Below, piece after piece: positions 24,790 through 37,700 of a stretch of 62,000 nt of DNA; positions within the stretch are counted from its first letter, which is position 1, and each line of letters starts with the position of its first letter. The DNA is taken from NCBI RefSeq assembly GCF_932274485.2, contig NC_065882.2:83638001-83700000 (forward strand). Reading direction: 5' to 3'. Position numbers and translations under genes: made by a program. The notes under the pieces are model-generated. The model was not told the DNA's origin, did no database searches, and saw only the letters and a list, made by a program, of their open reading frames with translations.

Positions 24790-25920
24790 AAGTTGTTCCC
24801 GGAGGCTGATAGTCGTTACAGCGCGAAATTAAACCTTGCTGGGCTGGAAATATGTCCTTACAAGATCGCGGTTGACAAATGATTGAACGACCCCAAACAA
24901 TGGCTAGAAATTGAATATAAAGTCCACGTAAGTTTACTTGCAGAATTTATTTAAGTATAAACAGATTTTTACTTCCTCTTCTTTACTTCGTCATTTTAAA
25001 TTTATTTATGAACTGGATTATCGATTTCTTTCTTCTCTTTTCAATTTTTAATGTCACACTTCATGAAGCTTTATTGATTTTATGCACTGTTTATAAAATT
25101 AATTACATTTCTTATTTAAAACTATATTTTTAAATATTTAATATTTTAGGTTTTTATTCTCAAGAGGCTATGAAGAACTACAGAGCACTTAAGGCCCACA
25201 CATTTTTTGTTTCCGGCTGGGTTCAGATCATTTTTTACCAGACTTTAAAATAACTATTTATAAATACTATAAGATCTGATCATTTGTTTATTTTAAGGCT
25301 CGGCAAGACATGCCCCTTTTCAAGATGGAAGCAGCTGTTAGAGTAGGGTACACATCGTCTGCCTGTACAGATATTACATGTAGTTGGGATGCTTGCTTTG
25401 TAAAGAACATTGATTCTTGTGAAATTTCCAACATTAAATTTTACAAAGCTGAGTTGAAGAACAAACTGAAGAAATCCAAGAAGAAACTTGAATCTCCCCA
25501 GAAATGTCAACTGCCGATGAACAAAATCAGTTGGTTTGAGTCTCTTGAACGACTATGCAGACAGATTTGTAGCTGTAGGGTCAGCACCATCTGCAAAGCT
25601 TCCACCCACACTACACCAGCTATATTCCAACTTTAATGAACGTTTGAATGACCAAGAATTGATGGATATGTGTGAATCGTTGGTCAACAAATCCCAAGTG
25701 GACGACATAGAATTTAGTTACATTGAAGAGGCAATGCGCAATAAGTCAACAAGTTCGGTGTGGCATGACAACCTTTAGGACGTTTAACAGCATCTGTTGT
25801 TGGGGAAGTTCTACGGAAAGATCTAATCCAGCACCTCTCTTGTCAAGAAGATATGTGTTCCAAAGCATGTTCCAGCCATCCAGTGGGGCAACGAGCATGA
25901 AGAAGATGCCTTTTATTTAT
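24790..25920 (+). pseudogene. Decayed intron-containing SWIM-associated/YqaJ (lambda exonuclease-like) ORF, typical of ISL2EU/Kolobok-type DNA transposons
   Basis: RYSAKL...CPY...DPKQW; YSQEAMKNYRALKAHTFFVSGWV; LFKMEAAVRVG..ACTDITCSW; RNKSTSSVW...GRLTAS; AIQWGNEHEEDA across frameshifts. Confidence 0.6.
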
Positions 25921-26071
25921 ATACCAATATATTTTCACAAAAACGTAAAAATAACGGTAAAGACTAATTTTTATGAATTTTTAAGGAAATTTTCACATTA
26001 TACTCAAGGGGAAGTATATGCAATAGCCATGTAGGACTCTTAGAGAGAGAGAGACTAACACATGTTTTAAT

Positions 26072-26270
26072 TTAATTTAAATAATTCGCTTGCGCGTAGG
26101 GGTCTTTAGCAGTGGGAGGAAACCGGAGGACCCGGAGCAAACCCACGAGATTGGACAGGCGACCCTTCTCCTTGTCACGTACAACCGGGGATTCGAAACC
26201 ACGCCAGTTGACTCAATGACAGGCCTTATGATACAGCACGCACGTGCTAACCATTCGGCCACCCCCCCTC
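26072..26270 (-). mobile_element. SINE family B (V-domain), 3'-truncated
   Basis: A box TGGCCGAATGG, B-box-like GTTTCGAATCC, V core. Confidence 0.8.
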
Positions 26271-27150
26271 CACCAGGACTCTTAGAAATAACAAAAATGT
26301 AACAAAATCAAATCTGTAAGAATGTCTTTCCAATTATTTCCATGTAAAGACCATAAACAGTAAAAATATAACGGAAAAGTCAAAAATTCAAAGTCATTAA
26401 TTTGACTCCAGTTGTCGAAATAAATGTTTAAATACCATTAGAAAGAATAAAAAAAAGCGATAACGGATTATAATTTTAAGAAAATACCTTTTGTTTTGTC
26501 TATTGCAATGCAAGAAGTCTTTTTCATTATCATTATTTACAACAGAAAAGATATGCCGTGCGCGTTGCTATTTAGACGTACCGGTAATACAAGACTCTCA
26601 TAGGGGCCGTTAAATGGAAAGAATAAACGGTGTAAAATCCTTACCGGTCTCCGTTATTTGTTAAATCCTTATTGTTTGAGAGTTCGGATCTCTGAATGCC
26701 ATTTTTTAGAATACCATTTCTGTGCATGTTAACGTACAACAGTCCACAGATATTAACGTACAACAGTCCACTCGATAAAACTTTTGATTGTAATATCTAA
26801 TCTTGAGGATCATAATCATAGAATTGGAGAACACAGTCAGTAGGCCGTGGAGGTCGCCCTTCGATCTATTTTCAATGCGTACTGACATCATAAGATCACA
26901 AACTAGAACAATACCTAATTAGACTAGCCTATTGAATTTTTTATTTAAATTTATTAACTATGAGTATGAAATGAACAATGGTGCGCACAATAGGTATTTA
27001 TCTATCACGATTTACGATAATAAAACTAAAGATGTCAACAATGGCTCATCATTGCATACCGGGCTGGTATAAATATTAAACTAAAGAAAAAAGTATCTAT
27101 TAATCCAGTATTATCAGTTTGTCTTTTAAAGATAATCATCCATACACCCA

Positions 27151-27420
27151 CTAAAAGTTTAATCGCTCGTAATTTCCACAAATTGTTAGGTGCATTTCAG
27201 CCTTGTTGGGATGTAGACTTTTCCGTTTCTCATCGTACAAATCACCCGCCTCGCTAAACAGCCTTTCATCGAGTACGCTAGAAGGTGGGCACACAAATAT
27301 TTCGAAGTTAACTTGGTCATTTTCGGATAGCAATGACGATTAATCTTCCAAAATGTCAATGGCTCTTCCGTTTTTCCTAGTATCGGTTCTGTGGAATAGA
27401 GGGCCGGTTCATTCTTAAAG
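27151..27420 (-). pseudogene. hAT transposase C-terminal dimerisation domain fragment
   Basis: EPLTFWKINR..YP and PPSSVLDERLFSEAGDLYDEKRKSLHPNKAEM. Confidence 0.8.
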
Positions 27421-28454
27421 TAGCCAAGTCTCTAAATCAATATCATCCGAAATCTTCGACATTGAAAACACGAATTATTTGTCAATTTAAATCAACATTG
27501 ATATTGTAATCTTACCTGGAAAAAATGGCCTTCTGATATCCAATATTTAAGACAAAATAAACATTTTACCATTGGTACAGGAATCGTGTACCATAATGCG
27601 TTTCAATGCCATTTGTAATAAGGGACCCGAAGAACGAGGCTAGGCATATTCCACAAGTTATATTCTTATCTAGAGAGCATACGCAATAAGAACTATCAGT
27701 GTAGACTGGAATAATCAGACGCTAGAGATTGCCATTCGATTGAGACTCCCGGCGTATTTTGTCGAACATAACTTCATAGAAATTATAATAAATACAGAAA
27801 CGATTGAATGTAAATCAGTTTATATAGATTCATATTACATTATTATATTCGTTGCGACCCATTTGTATCAATGTCCATGTCCCAAATATTAGCAATTTAG
27901 CTCCTTTAATACTAATGCCCTTGCATTGAAAAACAATGCTTTATATCTTGGTTCTAAATACTTTGATATAACAGGACGTTTGTTATTCTCCACACCTTCG
28001 TATTTGGTATTTAACGATTTATGTGGGTCTGCAGTTAGGGTATGTATGTCCCTATCATCAGTATATCAAATTCCAACTGCCATAGGATCTTTTACGTGCA
28101 CGCCAATGCGTACACGGGACCTCAGATTTCGTCCCATCCGAACGACTAGTCAGCTGTCCTTGTCAGGCCCTCCGTCCTGCATCACTGACAATAAAATAAG
28201 AAAACACAATGAATTGTTTGGTCAATTAATATTTATTTTGAAAACTCAACGAATTTCTCGTTTTTTAGTTTAGATTTCATACCATCTGAAATGAAAGAAT
28301 TGTAAAAATTTAGAACAGGATGAAATGCAGCTAGATCATATTCATCTATAGGCTATCCAGGCGGTTGGAGAAGTAATAACTAAAGACTGGGATTATCCTT
28401 GAATATATTTATTACTGGAAACACTGAACATCATATACGGAGAACGTGAAGTCC

Positions 28455-28761
28455 GAGAGAGAGATAGATAGAAAGCGAGAGAGAGAGAGAGAAATAGGGT
28501 TTAACTTCCACTCGACACAAACTAGGTTATTTCGGGACTAACATGTGGTTAAATTTTATTTTAATAATTCGCTAGCGCTTAGGAGTCTTGAGGAATGAGA
28601 AGGAATCGGAAGACCCGGAGAAAACCTACGAGGTTGGACAGGCGACCCTACTCCTTGTCACATTACACGTACAACCGGGGAATCGAAACCACGCCAGTTG
28701 ACTCAATGACATACCTTATGATACAACGCGCACGCGCTAACTATTCCGCCATCCAACCCCC
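28455..28761 (-). mobile_element. SINE family B (V-domain), full length
   Basis: tRNA head, V core, (CT)n tail. Confidence 0.8.
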
Positions 28762-28972
28762 ACGTGACGTCCAACAAGCAGAGTAACTGTTCTGGAAACG
28801 GGATGAAATCTGGAATGCTTTATGAATGCCCAAATGGGGATTTATAATAAAATGGTATTCTAGGAATTAACAATACACCAATATTACTAACAGCCCTTAA
28901 AGAGAGATAACAATAAAATAAAACAAAAAGAGAGAAATGAAACTCTTTTATGTGTCCGGCGCAGATAAATAT

Positions 28973-31088
28973 TACTGTCTGATTCATCGTAAATTTTAAA
29001 CGGATTTCTTCGATTATGAACAAACTACTTAACTTTGGTTATTATAAACTTACCTGTGTGTTTGTAATGAACTCCCGTTCGATAAAATCCATTGCACAAC
29101 TAATTATCACAACAATGAGAACAATTTCTTCGTGACGTAATGGTCGAATCCAATATACCTGTTGCGGGGGTTGGTTAACATTGAAAGATAGTTTGACAGC
29201 GCGATCATTTTGATCGTATATGGGTTTGGGCGACGAAAAATATCAATTGAAGGCAATTACATAGGAGATTTATATGGAAACCATTGATCGCCAGTCTATC
29301 AAATTTTCTTCACAATTAAAATATCACTGATTGCACGGATACTCGTAAAAATAAAGTCATGAATAAACTATAAATATCCTATCTTCTTCATGTTATAAAT
29401 AATTTAACAAGGATCACGAACCTTACCTCCGAATTCTCTGAGTGTATTTTTAATTTTATACGCATTCTTTCGATCGAATAATAACCGCTTCAGTAACATC
29501 TTTAAGCGTGTTGCGGCAGCCCTCAGCGTGTCTATTGCCGTATTGGGTGCCCGGGTGGGTATATAATGCTACTAAGCCCGTAAGAAGCGGAACATTAATT
29601 CTCGATTCGACAGTTTTGACCGAAGTGTGATAAAGCCCGTAAAACGAATGTATAGTTGTGTTTGTGTGGCATGCGTGTTCAAAAGTAAATAATCCCATCC
29701 GAGACGCTGATCAAATAATTAGAACAAAATATTTCAAAAAGTAAAGCTATAAAATTTGCAGAGATTTTACTAGAATGTAAAAGACGGTAACTAAATACAG
29801 GAATGCGGGTAGTTATGTGTGCGAACGCTCAAACTCAATGCCAATTGTCGTAGGTATCCAGACCACTCGGACCAAAGACTACTCGGACTAAGACCAGTCG
29901 GACCAAAACAAGACCAGTCGGACCAATTAAATTATATTATAAGGCTAGACAATATGCTATTTATTTATTATTAAATCACAATACAAAGAAGCAAATAATT
30001 CTTATACGGAATTCTTATATTTAGAGTTGTTTGGTTCAATTTTGTGTACGTAAATAAATCAACGATTAGTTTTAAAATTAATTAATAATGGTGCCAAAAA
30101 AAAATATCAATCTAATTTTTCTTTACTCTTGCAATGAGACTCGGTATGTCCAGACTTTTGACAGTTTCTACATATACGGGTATACTGTTCTTGTCTGATA
30201 GCCTAATTTTACTTTTTCCACATTCGCGGTATCCCCAGTGGTTTCATTCCGTTCTACCCCACTAACCCCTGGGTTACTATATGTGGGGGGGGGGGGTGGA
30301 GACACGTTTTCAAGTTATCCGCCCTTGATGCGTTAATATAAACAGCACATAATAATACGAAGACCGGACGTTTATATGCCCCTTTTTAAACGTGACTACA
30401 AGTGTGGTTCTCGATATTTTGCGATTTGGAATACAATTATCAATTTATTCAAACAACACGTTATTATTAGTTCGAGTAGTCATATTAAAACACACACAAT
30501 TATCAATTTATTCAAATAACACTTTATTATTGGTTCGAGTAGTCATATTAAAATAAACACAATTATCAATTTATTAAAATAACACTTTATTATTGGTTCG
30601 AGTAATTATATTAAAACAAACGCAATTATCAATTTATTAAAACAACATTTTATTATTGGTCCGAGTCGTCTTTCTGTTGGGTCCGAATAGTCTTTTTGTA
30701 TGGTCCGAGTAGTCTATTTGTTTGGGCTGAGTGGTCTATCACTTGGTCCGACTGGTCTTGAACCGAGTGATCTTTGGTCCGAGTGGTCATGGATTCTTGT
30801 CGTAATTGTACTTGAATTTCCTATGCTGTCACCCCTAATACGAAATGATATCTTCCGCAGAGTGACGTAACCATCTTCCATATTGGTATTTTCCTCTGGG
30901 AAAAGTTTGTGATATTTCAATTTTTCAAGAGAGAACTTGTTTTCATCGTTGTGATAATTAGTTGTGCAATGGATTTTATCGAACGGGAGTTCATTACAAA
31001 CACACAGGTAAGTTTATAATAACCAACGTTAAGTAGTTTGTTCATAATCGAAGAAATCCGTTTAAAATTTACGATGAATCAGACAGTA
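28973..31088. repeat. 157-bp inverted repeat pair (28973-29129 and 30932-31088)
   Basis: About 4 mismatches by eye; no TSD found. Confidence 0.9.
29853..30796. mobile_element. Non-autonomous DNA transposon (944 bp) with 8-bp TSD
   Basis: TSD TTGTCGTA at 29845-29852 and 30797-30804; TIR ATCCA(T)GACCACTCGGACC; subterminal TCGGACC arrays; internal tandem repeat of about 59 bp at 30435-30665. Confidence 0.85.
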
Positions 31089-31496
31089 GGTCATGTATGG
31101 TGGATGAAAACCATGGTAATGTTTTTACTGCGGATGCCAAGAAACATTTAATGACACCAGTGAAACAGATGTTGTCAGATCGATTTCCTGCTTCTACTAC
31201 CGGCGACACCACTATCCCGTTCGTCGTTCGTTCTTAATACGTAATGTCCGCTTCCGCCTTAGGTGATATCGTAGACAAGTGTTCCGGACAAACGTGCCAG
31301 AGGAGTCAAACAATTGGCTAAGTCTAACATAGGTAGGAGACGCGAGATCGATTTGGAGGCCTTTCCGAATCCATTTCCTTTGACCACCATCTCGTGTAAA
31401 ACATGCGCATCAACCGAAGTGATATCACAGACAATACGATCCCGTACTAAATAGCGGAGATATCACGTGATATGCAGACACAGTGCACCTTTAGCC

Positions 31497-31869
31497 CAAT
31501 CTGGTTACAACACAGATCCTATTTTGTTTTCGTTTTTTTATAGTTCAAAATTTCGCTTTACTTGTCTTCACAACACTAGGATCTGAAAGAGTCGTTATAT
31601 AACAGGCATTTTAGTTGATGTGAGGAATTAGCCAATGAAACGGTCTGTTACAGGGAGTTCTAGACGTGCTCTGCACGGAACTGTGGGTAAACCACCAGAA
31701 ACGTCAACGTTGATTGATTAATCAATGTCTTACGTCATAGGGTCAAAAGCCATTCGAATGACCCCTAACGCGACCTCCCAGTACAACTGGTCAGATCTTC
31801 ATGTAGTGTAGGCCATCGAAAGTATAAAAAAAACGAAACGAAATATAGATCTGTATATTAATCAGATTG
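31497..31869 (+). mobile_element. MITE family of about 370 bp
   Basis: Same TIRs and body as 23267-23635. Confidence 0.85.
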
Positions 31870-32148
31870 AACCTTATCCACCACACGTTCGACTGACACG
31901 TCGACCGCGTGCTATATGATTACACACAAAATAAAGTGATAATATGATAAAAAAAAAAGCTTCTAGAACAAGCAAACTCTGACGCCAATATAAGAAAAAG
32001 GTTAACATTGACCGACAAGATTGTAAATTGTAGTTTTCTAGTTGTGACGTCCATATTTCTATATTTCCAAACATATACCACGAACATGAGCTATATTACT
32101 ACCCGATGCTTTCACTTATATCCCTTCAAAATGCTAAAACATTCATAC

Positions 32149-32279
32149 TTACATGTAATATTTAAGACTGCATGCTTCGTCTCCGTCGCCAAAATATGTA
32201 TAACCCTCTGCTAGATTGTATGGACACCCACAATACGGCCCTACACACACGTAGGGCTCTACACAAATACTGCTGCAAT
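32149..32279 (-). CDS. Poly-EGF gene, EGF exon 11, probably terminal
   Basis: tattatgtag|AT TGC; CSSICVEPYVCVGPYCGCPYNLAEGYTYFGDGDEACSLKYYM*; phase 1 fits exon 10; the stop overlaps a possible GTAAGT donor, so one further exon cannot be excluded. Confidence 0.7.
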
Positions 32280-32378
32280 CTACATAATACAAAACACATA
32301 CCAATAGATTCCACTATAACATTATACTTTTTGTTAAATGACCTCGAAATGGATGTGTGGGCGTGACAGTTGACATAG

Positions 32379-32639
32379 TGTCGTATAATTACTGTTATAT
32401 GTAGTTCGTTCCAACAATATTGGAGTTCATTCCCTTTTGTTCGTTCTTGTTGTTAGAGTTATTTCCGTTGTTAATAAATAACCTTGACCCTTCTGGTGAC
32501 CCTTCTGTCAATAAATGACCTTGACCCTTCTGGTGATAGGTGAAGCTAAAGATGGACGTTATTCGTTACTAGCTTAGAAGATGGTAATGGAATCCATGAC
32601 CATCGACACAACACCCCATTAACCGATCCCAACACCACA
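32379..32639 (+). repeat. 5' LTR (261 bp)
   Basis: Near-identical to 39862-40086 except for an internal duplication of about 37 bp. Confidence 0.93.
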
Positions 32640-32653
32640 TGGTGGAGATGCCG
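32640..32653 (+). other. Primer binding site, complementary to the 3' end of tRNA-Ala
   Basis: TGGTGGAGATGCCG is the reverse complement of CGGCATCTCCACCA, the metazoan tRNA-Ala 3' end as recalled from memory. Confidence 0.75.
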
Positions 32654-33521
32654 TTTTTCATCAGGCACTGATTTTTCGTAATTTTGCCAACTTTCATTTG
32701 AAAATATAACCGATGTTCAATTTTTTTTTCCGATGAAGAATGACAACAGAGTGCTGAGTTTTTTACAACTAGTTTATTCGACAGAAGATTGTTCCAGATG
32801 CCTTCCGCATTTTTTTGGATAGAATTTGATGGCGATGTTTTGCCTAGAATGAAGATTTGACCAAGTTTTGGCAGCAGTTGTCGATGAATTTTGTAATAAT
32901 TACAGTAGCAGACGAATTTTTACCAACGACAACAGACGACATTTTTCGCCAATAGATTCTAACCAGTTTTCCGATTTTAACGTCAATTTTTGGTGTTTTA
33001 CGGAGTTTTGGACACGAATAGGCCTAAAAGAGATTTTCTGGTGTTTTTTTATTTGTGTCCGTGACAATGTATTTTTTTCCAACGAATTTGACTTTTTTTT
33101 GCACGTGTCAGTGATTTAAAAGCAGAGTTATGTGCCCTTGTTAATACTGTGGCGCGAAATTCAAGATGGTCGACAATTTCCAGATTTTCATCAAATTGGA
33201 CATTGCGTAGATATGCGAGTAAACCGGATTTGTAACATTCATTTAATTTTCTTTTATACCAGTACACTTGGTGAAGCTGAATACATGTAATACGATGTTC
33301 TTCATTAGTATGTCAGTGATGTTTTCCAGTTTTTAACTGATGATATGTTTTCCAGTTTTTGATGTTCAATGTGAATGTAATAATGTTGCAGTTTATATTT
33401 CATAATTATTAATTACCAATGAATGTATGTATGATGAGAGTGTGTGTGCATAATTAATAATATGTTACTTTTCTTTTTATTATTGTTTTGTACTTTTGCT
33501 AACTCACATAATCATTTTACG

Positions 33522-34722
33522 ATGGCTCGTCAAGCTCAAGCTCAGCAACCCATACAACAATTAGCATTATCTATCGATATAGATAAATTTGAGGGTACTA
33601 TATTAAGTCGAGACCATGCTTTGTCTCATTATTTGTCATATCTAGACTATTTAGAGGTACATAGAGAACCTCTTGAACCGGTGAATATTGCCGATTTGAA
33701 TCGCGTAGTAACATTCTTTAAACACAGTTTAAAAGGCGAAGCCAGATTATGGATTCAAGGGAAAATATTTCGTAATATAGAAGATCTGAAAACACAATTT
33801 GTCGAACGATTTTCGGAGAATCGTACTGATTTTAATCTCCATAATGCTTATACCCATTTCACATATGACATTAAACAATCGCCCTTAGAAAATTTAGAAC
33901 GATTGACTAAACTAGCCTCACAACTTCATATTCCAAATGAACTTATAAAACATAAGTATATTTCCATTCTTCCCAATGAATGTCAACAAAGTATTGTATT
34001 AGCACTTGCTCCAAATGCTACAGTTCATGATGTTTCAAGAAAAGCACAATGTTTTTTTGATTTAGCTAACAATGTAAAAGTTACAAGTAAAGAAGTTTCT
34101 TTTTCTATTTATAAAGAAGACGTCGATGCACTTAAAACCCAACTTGAAACATTACGTCTTGATACATCAAATTTTATTCATTCTCACACTTCATTCTCAA
34201 AATGATACTAGACATGACAGAATAGGTCATACAGACTTTCGTCCTTTACATAGACACAGTCATAGTTCAAGTTATTGTCGTGAAAACCCTAGTAGACATT
34301 ACACTCGTAGAAAATCACGTTCACCTGACTTTCGTAAATCACATAGTCCAGTTACATTTGACACTTTTCGAAATGATAGACATAGTCATTCCTATAATAG
34401 GAGTCCTCGTAATCCACATACACATAGATCTTCAAGATTTAATCACAATATTCATGGTGGTCGATCACTTAACACTCCACCTAATAACAGACTACCTAAT
34501 AACAATTTCTCAACAAGAGCTCCTTTCTGTGACTATTGTTTGAAACCCTACCACACATGGCAACAGTGTTTTTTACGTCAGAAACATTTAGCAGATAGAC
34601 ATTTGCAGGATTTTCAATACAGGGAATTCATGATGCTCCAATTGGGTTCCCTACATCTAATTACTCTGGGAGCATACAACACAAATTTTCAGAGAAATCC
34701 AACCAAACTTCTATACAGTTAG
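33522..34722 (+). pseudogene. gag: Gypsy gag, frameshifted near 34200
   Basis: Capsid-like FKHSLKGEARLW...LKTQFVERF; Arg/Ser/His-rich linker; CCHC knuckle CDYCLKPYHTWQQC. Confidence 0.85.
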
Positions 34723-37700
34723 ACAATCGTAATTATTGTAAAGGAATTTTGTCAAATGGTCGAAAGGTTTCAATTTTGGTTGATAGCGGATCAACTAAGT
34801 CTCTTATTTCTTCATTGTTGTTTGAAACTCTATCACAATTGCCTACATATGACTGTATTACTTTAGCTAAACCATTAGTACTCAAACTAGGTAATGGTCA
34901 ATTGTTACAAGTCAGTAAACATAGATGTTGATATACAAGGTCATACTTTTACATTTCACACTTACATAGCACATAATTTAGTAGGAGTTGATATTATATT
35001 AGGACAAGACACACTAGGAAAATTAGATAGTACCTTAAATTTTAAAACAAACACTTTGCAATGTACTTCGAAACCACCAGTACAAAATTTTTATTCAACT
35101 TCAAATTTGTATATAAAACCTGGTGAAACTCGTCATCTTACAGTACAGGGTAAAGTTCTGTCAGTGTTTAGACATTGTGATATTTTAATGTATAGTTCTC
35201 AATATGTACAACAATCATGTCCTTCAACGTTTCTAGCTCATTTACATTATAATAGAACTACTGTACCAATATGCAACAATACTAAGAAAATGCTATAGAT
35301 ACAATCTCATCAGCTTTATTTTATACATATTTTAATGACATTGCTACATGCAACACACAATGTTTCTTTCAATACAAATATGTCTTCCAATACAGACCAA
35401 GATCAGCTTAGTAAATGTATTGATCTTTCACAAAGTATCCTCACTTCTCAGCAACAGAAAGACTTTTACCAGATTATATTTGACAATAGAGATACCTTTA
35501 GTCTCAATGGCGAAGTTGGTGAATGTCCTCATGTTCAGGTAGATATACAAGTAAACAATACCGATCCATTTAACATTAGACCATATCCAGCGACTGAATC
35601 AGAGAAGGAAGTTATAAGTGCTGGGGCCTGTTTCACGAAATTTTAACTAAGATAAAATCCAAATTTTAGTAATATGATTGGATAATATTAGATTGATTTT
35701 AGTGCTTAGCGAATCAAAATTGAAGTATCTACTGAATTACAGAAACTAGTTCAATTAGGAATTCTGTCTATGGGACATCAGCCTTACACATCACCAGTTT
35801 TAGTCCTTCCTAAAAATGGAACTACAGAAAAGCGTGTAGTTGTCGACTTCAGGTATTTGAATTCTCGTATAAAAAGACACAATCATCCTTTTCCACTTTC
35901 AAGTGAAACGCTCAAGCGCATTGGTCAAGCAAATCCTAAATTTATATCTTGTATTGATCTTAAATCTGCGTTTTTCAGTCTCCCACTTACTCCACATGCT
36001 CAACAATTTACTGGAATTAGTTCATTTGCAGAATGTAAACATTATTATTTCAAACGCCGCACTCAAGGTTTAATTATATCACCAGCTATTTTTCAATTGA
36101 CAGTAGTTAGTTATTCCCGATAGTTACAAGTTTTGTGTGGCTCACCACGATGACATTATTTGCTTCAGTTCTGATATAGAATCACATTTTACTCATTTAC
36201 AATCACTATTTCTAGCATTGCAGAAATATGGTTTAAAGATCAGCCCACGTAAATGTAACTTCTTCAAACGATCCGTAGTTTACATGGGACATCAACTTTT
36301 GATTAATGATGAATATTTACTTACCATTAACCCACTTAATGATCGTTGTAAACATATTCGTAATTTACCTAATCCTAAAACTAGCAGAGATGTCAAACAT
36401 TTCATAGGTGCTGTGACTTATATTGCAAATTTCTTACCTATTCTACAACAGTTTCTAGGTCCATTACATAAAATTGCTAACAAGAAATCGAAATTTGTTT
36501 GGAATGAAATTCATCAAGCAGCTTTTGACAAAATTAAAGCTATGCTATTACAGCCTCCAGTATTATACACACCTTCTGGATCAGGCCGTTTAAGACTTTA
36601 TAGTGCTACAAGTCGTATAGCTACGGGTTTATATTTGACACAGATAATTAATGGAGAAGAAAGACTTTTAGGATATTATTCTAAGAGATTACCTCAAGCA
36701 TGTTTGAATTATTCAGTTACAGAATTAGAACTTTTTGGAATTTACATAAACATCTCCAATTTTCAATATCTTTTGCGCGGTGTTGAATTTGATGTATATA
36801 CAGATCATAGTGCTATAGTCCAGTTGTTAAAGTCTAAGAAACAACCATGTACAAATCGCCTACAGAAGTTGTTAATGTAATTTTCATATTTCTCATTTAA
36901 TGTTGTCTATGTTAAAGCTAAAGACATTTTCGTTGCAGATTATTTATCACGTAACCCCATTCAGGAAGATTCTGAGATTGATACTATTGTTCCCACATCT
37001 TTTGTTCTTACTGCTAAAGAACGTCCTGTTACAAGAAGATGGGCAAAAGAACAAAATATTCCTATACAAGACATATATCCCAATTGTAAAGGAAGTCATC
37101 CCAAACATGACACTAACACAAGTGAAAAAGTTACACAAGGTTCTACAAACAAACAGTTAACTAGTAACACATCGATTACACAAACAACTAGTCAAGCTGC
37201 TTCAGTTCTTACGTCAGATGCATGTACATCTAACACTACACCTACTCGAACTAATACATCTAGTCGTAATAATACACCTATCTCACAAGATAAGGCAGTC
37301 AATAAACAACCTATTACAGTCTTACCATCTGAACCTACTATACATGTAACACCTACAAAACCACGTTTAGTTGATACAATACCTATAGACAAAGACTCAG
37401 ATTATTCTGAAATACCTTTAGAATTGTGTTTACCGCCATAATCTATCATACATAATCCAGATTCCTTAGTAACTACACATTTCCCAAAACAGAAAGATCT
37501 TGATCGACTTGTTTCCATTATCAAACGTAAAATTATTCGTGATTACAATCTCCCTATAGATCATAATAAGCGTCGTATTTCTCAAGAAGGTTCACAATAT
37601 GTTAAGCCTATATATGATTATTTAGCTCATGGCATATTACCATCAAACAAACGAGCTGCCAAAACAATTAAACATAGGGGTGATGATTTTATTATGTGTG

